Of a DNA stretch of 64,000 nt, positions 60,001 to 64,000 are shown piece by piece. The notes beneath the pieces are model-generated. The model was not told the DNA's origin and ran no database searches. It was given only the letters and a program-made list of their open reading frames with translations. This DNA is from Camelus ferus (Eukaryota). Each line of letters begins with the position of its first letter. Within the stretch, counting starts at the first letter, position 1. Location: positions 40,860,001 to 40,924,000 of the forward strand of contig NC_045696.1 in assembly GCF_009834535.1 (NCBI RefSeq). Reading direction: 5' to 3'. The position numbers were made by a program, and so were the translations under genes.

Positions 60001-61716
60001 GCTTGAAAATTTCCTCAAACTTGATTCAGGTTCCTCTGCCCAGATGTTAGTGATTGGCTTCCTGACTGTTGGGGCAGCTCTGCTCCCCACTAGTTCTCCT
60101 GAGGAACTCTGTTACCGATCAAGCTGACTGCTTCTGACACACAGTAGTTGTGTAAGATTTACCTTTATATCACTTTCAGAATTCCCCGATAGGTCTGTGG
60201 GCCCCCTGGCTTATGTTAGTGTTGGCATAGGTGCCTGGGGTTAACATAGAGATCTTTGGATGCCAGGGCACGTGGGCGAAGAAATAAAAGAGACTAGAAA
60301 AGGATTCAGTTAAATGGCATTAATGACAGTGTTAGTAGCTCACTGTGCCAAAAATCTGTGACCATCTGTTAAATGGAACCAGTTTTTATGTCAGATTGCT
60401 TGTTATCTCAGATTGCTTTGTTTCGTGCTTTGGAGAAATTTCATTTCACAGATGTTTTTGAAGCCCTGTTTTGGGCCAAGAGACTCAGCACTGGAAATAG
60501 CTTTCCAGATTAGCCTTTCCCTCAATTTATGGAGCATTGCTGTTTCCAAGTGTGTGGTTCCTGCCAGGGTTTGGTTCCACCACTCTACCCAGGCCCCATA
60601 AGTTGAAACCTTTCCCTCAAAAACCGAAAACCATGAGCCTAGGAATCCAGGGATGATCCAAGCAGATCTGGGCACTGCCCAGGCCTCACCCCACCGTCCC
60701 CAGGTGGGATGTCCCAGGAAGGGAGGCATTTATCTCTGTTCTCAAAATGGACTCCTTACTTCTGGACAGTGCACCCTTTTCTTTAACGGTTAAAGCAGAT
60801 GTACAATGTCTGTTTGATAGGCTGCACGGTGGGCTGCTCTAGTTAGCATAAAGTTTATGGTAAATGATGTATAAGCCAGAATGACTTCCCCATACCTCGT
60901 ATGTGAACATTTCTTCCATCACATCTTAGAGTAACTACCATTCCCTAGCAGTATGCAGTTTACAAAACATACTCTATAATTTTCTCACTAAGTCCACACA
61001 GAGCTTTTATTTCCACTGTATAGATTAGGAATGGAGATTCCAGATGACTTGCTGCAAGGCCACACAGCTACTTAAATCATAGAACAGGAATTTATGCCCC
61101 ACCTTCTTGTTGTAAAACTCAGATTCCTTCCCCTATGACCTGTGAGGTGGGGAGGAGAAACAGAGAGATCTTGAATACCAGGAGACATCAGTGGATCCAC
61201 TCATCCTCGCCTGAATCTTTTTCAGGGGGGAGGTCCTCGCCCAAGCTGGCACTGAAGAAACGATCGTGTATTCAGACATAGGTAAGATTGCTCCGGCACA
61301 GCTTAGGTCCCTGGGGTCCCCATAGCTTTGAGGCCAGATTCTAAAGCTGTGAAACCCCTGTCACCTGGAGGGGCTCCTTTATGCCCCACCCCCTCACTTA
61401 CCCTTGGTTCTCTGGCCAGGCCCTGGGCCTGTGTCTCAGCCTGAGTTTTCTTGGGTTGGTGTGAAATGACCCCAGGGGCAGCGCCAGGCTGTCTGTGCCT
61501 CTAGACCAGGCCTGTAAGGTACTTGCTGAGGCTCTGGTTGTTTTTATACTGTTTGGGGAGGAAATTCCTGTTGGTCAATAAGGAATTACATTCTTATTAA
61601 TAGTGCACTTTCCTGTTTTTGCAGACCTGACGAAGTTGGCTGAAATACGCCAGCAAATCCCCATTTTTAGCCAGAAGCGATCAGACCTCTATGCAGTGGA
61701 AGCAAAAAAGCCCTAA
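45028..61716 (+). CDS. NIT2: Omega-amidase NIT2 (nitrilase family member 2), complete 10-exon CDS, 276 aa
   Basis: Exons sum to 831 nt; [11 protein letters not shown]...[10 protein letters not shown]; catalytic E43 (50004), K112 (51636) and C153 (55944, in GICYD) present. Confidence 0.98.
48098..48280 (-). mobile_element. MER20 DNA transposon
   Basis: cactgacattttggctggataa...gatgccagtcgcacc...tgtctccagacat. Confidence 0.75.
48337..48455 (+). CDS. NIT2: NIT2 exon 2 (119 nt)
   Basis: cctcag|CT TTC CGC ... CTG CCA|gtaagt; [17 protein letters not shown]...IVSLP. Confidence 0.95.
50004..50124 (+). CDS. NIT2: NIT2 exon 3 (121 nt)
   Basis: ttctag|GAA TGC TTT ... GGA G|gtaact; [17 protein letters not shown]... 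Confidence 0.95.
50592..50946 (+). mobile_element. L1 3' end
   Basis: aagtcagagaaaga...cacttacacgtggaatctaaaaa...gaatcactatgttgtacatctgaaactaa. Confidence 0.85.
51550..51638 (+). CDS. NIT2: NIT2 exon 4 (89 nt)
   Basis: gaaag|GT TCC ... AGA AAG|gtaagt; [21 protein letters not shown]...HRK. Confidence 0.95.
51775..54930 (-). mobile_element. Composite antisense L1 block in NIT2 intron 4
   Basis: Endonuclease-like [18 protein letters not shown] and ORF1-like [22 protein letters not shown] peptides; ORF2 3' motifs at both ends. Confidence 0.8.
55258..55275 (-). promoter_or_regulatory. Candidate CTCF site
   Basis: Minus strand TCCAGCAGGGGGTGTG matches core CCAGCAGGGGGCG; motif match only. Confidence 0.5.
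55309..55402 (+). CDS. NIT2: NIT2 exon 5 (94 nt)
   Basis: ctgcag|CTC CAT ... ACT C|gtacgt; [17 protein letters not shown]... Confidence 0.95.
55918..55992 (+). CDS. NIT2: NIT2 exon 6 (75 nt)
   Basis: aaacag|CT TAC ... AGA G|gtgagg; [24 protein letters not shown]. Confidence 0.95.
57080..57158 (+). CDS. NIT2: NIT2 exon 7 (79 nt)
   Basis: cccaag|GC TGC ... GGC CG|gtaaga; [24 protein letters not shown]. Confidence 0.95.
58494..58700 (-). mobile_element. MER20 DNA transposon
   Basis: gacattttggactagataattctt...gggggctgtcctgtgtg...cctggcctctacccactaggtgcca...tgtcccctg. Confidence 0.85.
58917..59015 (+). CDS. NIT2: NIT2 exon 8 (99 nt)
   Basis: ctacag|T GCT GTT ... CCT TG|gtgagt; [16 protein letters not shown]...WGHS. 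Confidence 0.95.
61226..61281 (+). CDS. NIT2: NIT2 exon 9 (56 nt)
   Basis: ttttcag|G GGG GAG ... ATA G|gtaaga; [18 protein letters not shown]. Confidence 0.95.
61625..61716 (+). CDS. NIT2: NIT2 exon 10 coding part to stop
   Basis: ttgcag|AC CTG ... [35 protein letters not shown]. Confidence 0.95.
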
Positions 61717-62439
61717 TGTTTGTTTTCAATGTGCCATGAAACAGAAGATATGTTTCTGCAACATTATCAACTCCCTGCCGAATTCTTTAATGGAGATTCT
61801 TTTCTTTCTTTTTTTTTTTTTTTTTAAATTTCAGCCTTTTCTCTTCCTGGGAAAGGAGTCTGAGATGATAGAGCTGATGGAGCATCAGCTGATGCTGATA
61901 CTCTCCACACCACAGTGAACAGTCACAAAGGACGCGGCTGGCACTGAAGGGCAGGAGGAGGGATGGCTGTAAACCTTCTGTACTTGAGGTGCCTCAAAGC
62001 AGTCAGTGAAGTATCAGGTCTTGGTATCCTGGTGGTTAATCACCTGATACATTGACATTGCTGGAGTTGGAATCATTATGTAGAAAACTTGGTCTGGTGC
62101 TACTCTTCTTTGAGCAGCACCTAAGCATTACGTTTTGGTCTGTGAGTAGCTGTGGGAAGCAAGGTGACGTTTGTTAGAGGAGATGGTAGCCCCACCCTTC
62201 CTAGCAGCCTCTGGGCTCTTCAAATTCAAGAAGGAGCTAATGATTCAGAGCCCCCTGGTCTTAGGGGAAACACTGTTTCAGCCATGAGCCCCCTGGGAGA
62301 ATGGCTGTGGCATAATTTGGTCAAGTCCAGTGAAGTGTGAGTCTCTGCCAAAGATTTTGTCAAGATAAATGTCTGAAAGTCTTTCTTTTTGCTTTCTCCC
62401 TGGTAACACTTTTAGCTTCGTAAAGGCCAGTTTTTAGCC

Positions 62440-62830
62440 TAATGGTTCTCAGAGTCCTTTTACACAATTAAAAATTAATTCCATTGAGCTTTTGTTTATG
62501 TACGTTATAGCTAGTGGTGAACTGGTAAATGTTTAACAACCAGCTGTTGGAGAAAAAGTCGATTTTGTGGTAGCATTTGCCAATTTCCATGGCGTACTTA
62601 CTACCAAACTCAAGTGATCAATGTAACACCTCAACACAGAGCTGGGAATAGGTGCGCAGTCAGCACTTGTGTGCTGGTGCAGTTCTGCTCTAGCACACTG
62701 CTGTTTACATCTGTATAGATATTTACCATATTGGAAAATAAGACAGAATTTTAAAAGAATACATGAACACACAATTAGCTATAAGGATGATGACATTATC
62801 ATGTGCAATTTGACCTTTGAGAAACAGCAC
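62440..62830 (+). mobile_element. Charlie1-like fragment interrupted by a second hAT MITE (62512-62703)
   Basis: ggttctcag..ttttacacaattaaaaatta..gagcttttgtttatgt / gatatttaccatattggaaa; inner element has ends tagtggtgaactgg / ctagcacactgctg. Confidence 0.7.
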
Positions 62831-62924
62831 AGTGTACTCAGGAGGGTTCAAGTGAAAAGGGCAAATGACTTTAAGTGTACAGCTTGGCAGAATTTAACAC
62901 ATGTATACATCCATGACGCCATTC

Positions 62925-64000
62925 CACTTCTTATTCATGATTTTAGAGGAAAAGCTTTCAGCTTTACACCATTAGGATGTTAGCTATGGGTTTGTCATAA
63001 ATTATGTTGAAGGATGTTCCCTCTATACCAACTTTGGTGAGTTTTAATCATGAATGGATGTTGAATCTTGTCAAATGGTTTTTCCATTATCTATTGAGAT
63101 GATCGTGTGATTTTTATTCCTTTTGTTAATGTGGTGTATCACATTGATTAATTTGCAGATATTGGACCATCCTTGCATCCCTGGAATAAATCCTACTTGA
63201 ATCACTGTGTATGATCCTTTTTATATATTGTTGAATTTGGTTTGCTGATACTTTGTAGGGGATTTTTGCATCTATTTTCATCAGAGACACTGGCCTGTAA
63301 TTTTCTTTTTTATAGTGTCTTTGTCTCATTTTGGTATCAGGGTGATTGATTGATGCTGGCCTTATGAATTTGGGGGAGTGCTCCCTCCTCTTTTTTGAAA
63401 TAGTTTGAGGACAGGTATTAGCTCTTCTTTGTATTTTGGTGGCTTTCCGCTGTGAAGCTGTCTGGTCCTGGACTTTTGTTTGCTTGGAGTTTTAAAATTA
63501 CTAATTTAATTTCACTGCTAATGATTGGCCTGTTCAGAGTGTCAATTTCTTGATTCAGTCTTGAAAGATTGTATGTTTCTAGAATTTTTTCTAGGTTGTC
63601 CCATTTGTTGGCATATCATTCTTCATAGTGTTCTCTCTTTTTTTAAATCTCTGACATTGGTTATAATTTCTCCTCTTTCATTTCTTTTTTGGGGGTTCTC
63701 TTTTTTTCTTAAAGAGCCTGGCTAAAGGCCTGTCAGTTTTATCTTTTCAAAAAACCAGCTCTTGGTTTCATTGGTCTTTTCTGTTTTCTCTTGTTTGTTT
63801 CTATTTATTTCTTCTATGATCTTTATTATTTCCTGCCTTCTGCTGACTTTGGGCTTTGTTTTTTGTTTTTGTTTTTTCTAATTCCTTTAGATGTAGATTG
63901 AGATCTTTTTTGTTTCTTGAGTAGGCCTGTATTGCTATAAACGTCCCTCTTAGAACTGTTATTTTTTTTTTAATTGAAGTACCATCAGTTACAATGTGTC
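62925..64000 (-). mobile_element. L1 ORF2 (RT region) fragment, running off the window
   Basis: Peptide [30 protein letters not shown] is the L1 ORF2 RT motif; reading frame is broken. Confidence 0.92.

Noticed and set aside
63126..63329. Reverse-transcriptase-like ORF
   Set aside because: Broken L1 ORF2 fragment, not an active element or novel RT system.

Overview
Mammalian genomic DNA, most likely from a camelid, judged from five copies of a tRNA-derived Vic-1-like SINE. It holds two intact + strand genes. TBC1D23 coding exons 2-19 span 2338-34326; exon 1 lies upstream of the window, the 45-nt alternative exon 15 is present, and the 3'UTR runs to about 35890. About 9 kb of mostly L1/LTR/SINE sequence follows, then a CpG-island promoter and the complete 10-exon NIT2 omega-amidase gene (45028-61716, 276 aa, E43/K112/C153 triad intact). 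All exon boundaries were read by hand, are GT-AG and keep frame. The remainder is interspersed repeats (L1, MIR, MLT1, MER5/MER20, Charlie1), several with visible target-site duplications. I found no prokaryote-style or wholly new gene system. The best leads are cis-level: a hairpin with a U1-mimicking arm over the weak exon-16 donor, an in-frame upstream AUG giving NIT2 a basic N-terminal extension, a TSD-flanked poly(T) creating an in-frame alternative acceptor for the last TBC1D23 exon, neural-type splicing motifs around exon 15, convergent CTCF motifs around the NIT2 promoter, and a possible transposon-supplied NIT2 poly(A) site. Repeat family names and human comparisons come from recall of consensus sequences, not from searches, and most repeat boundaries are approximate.
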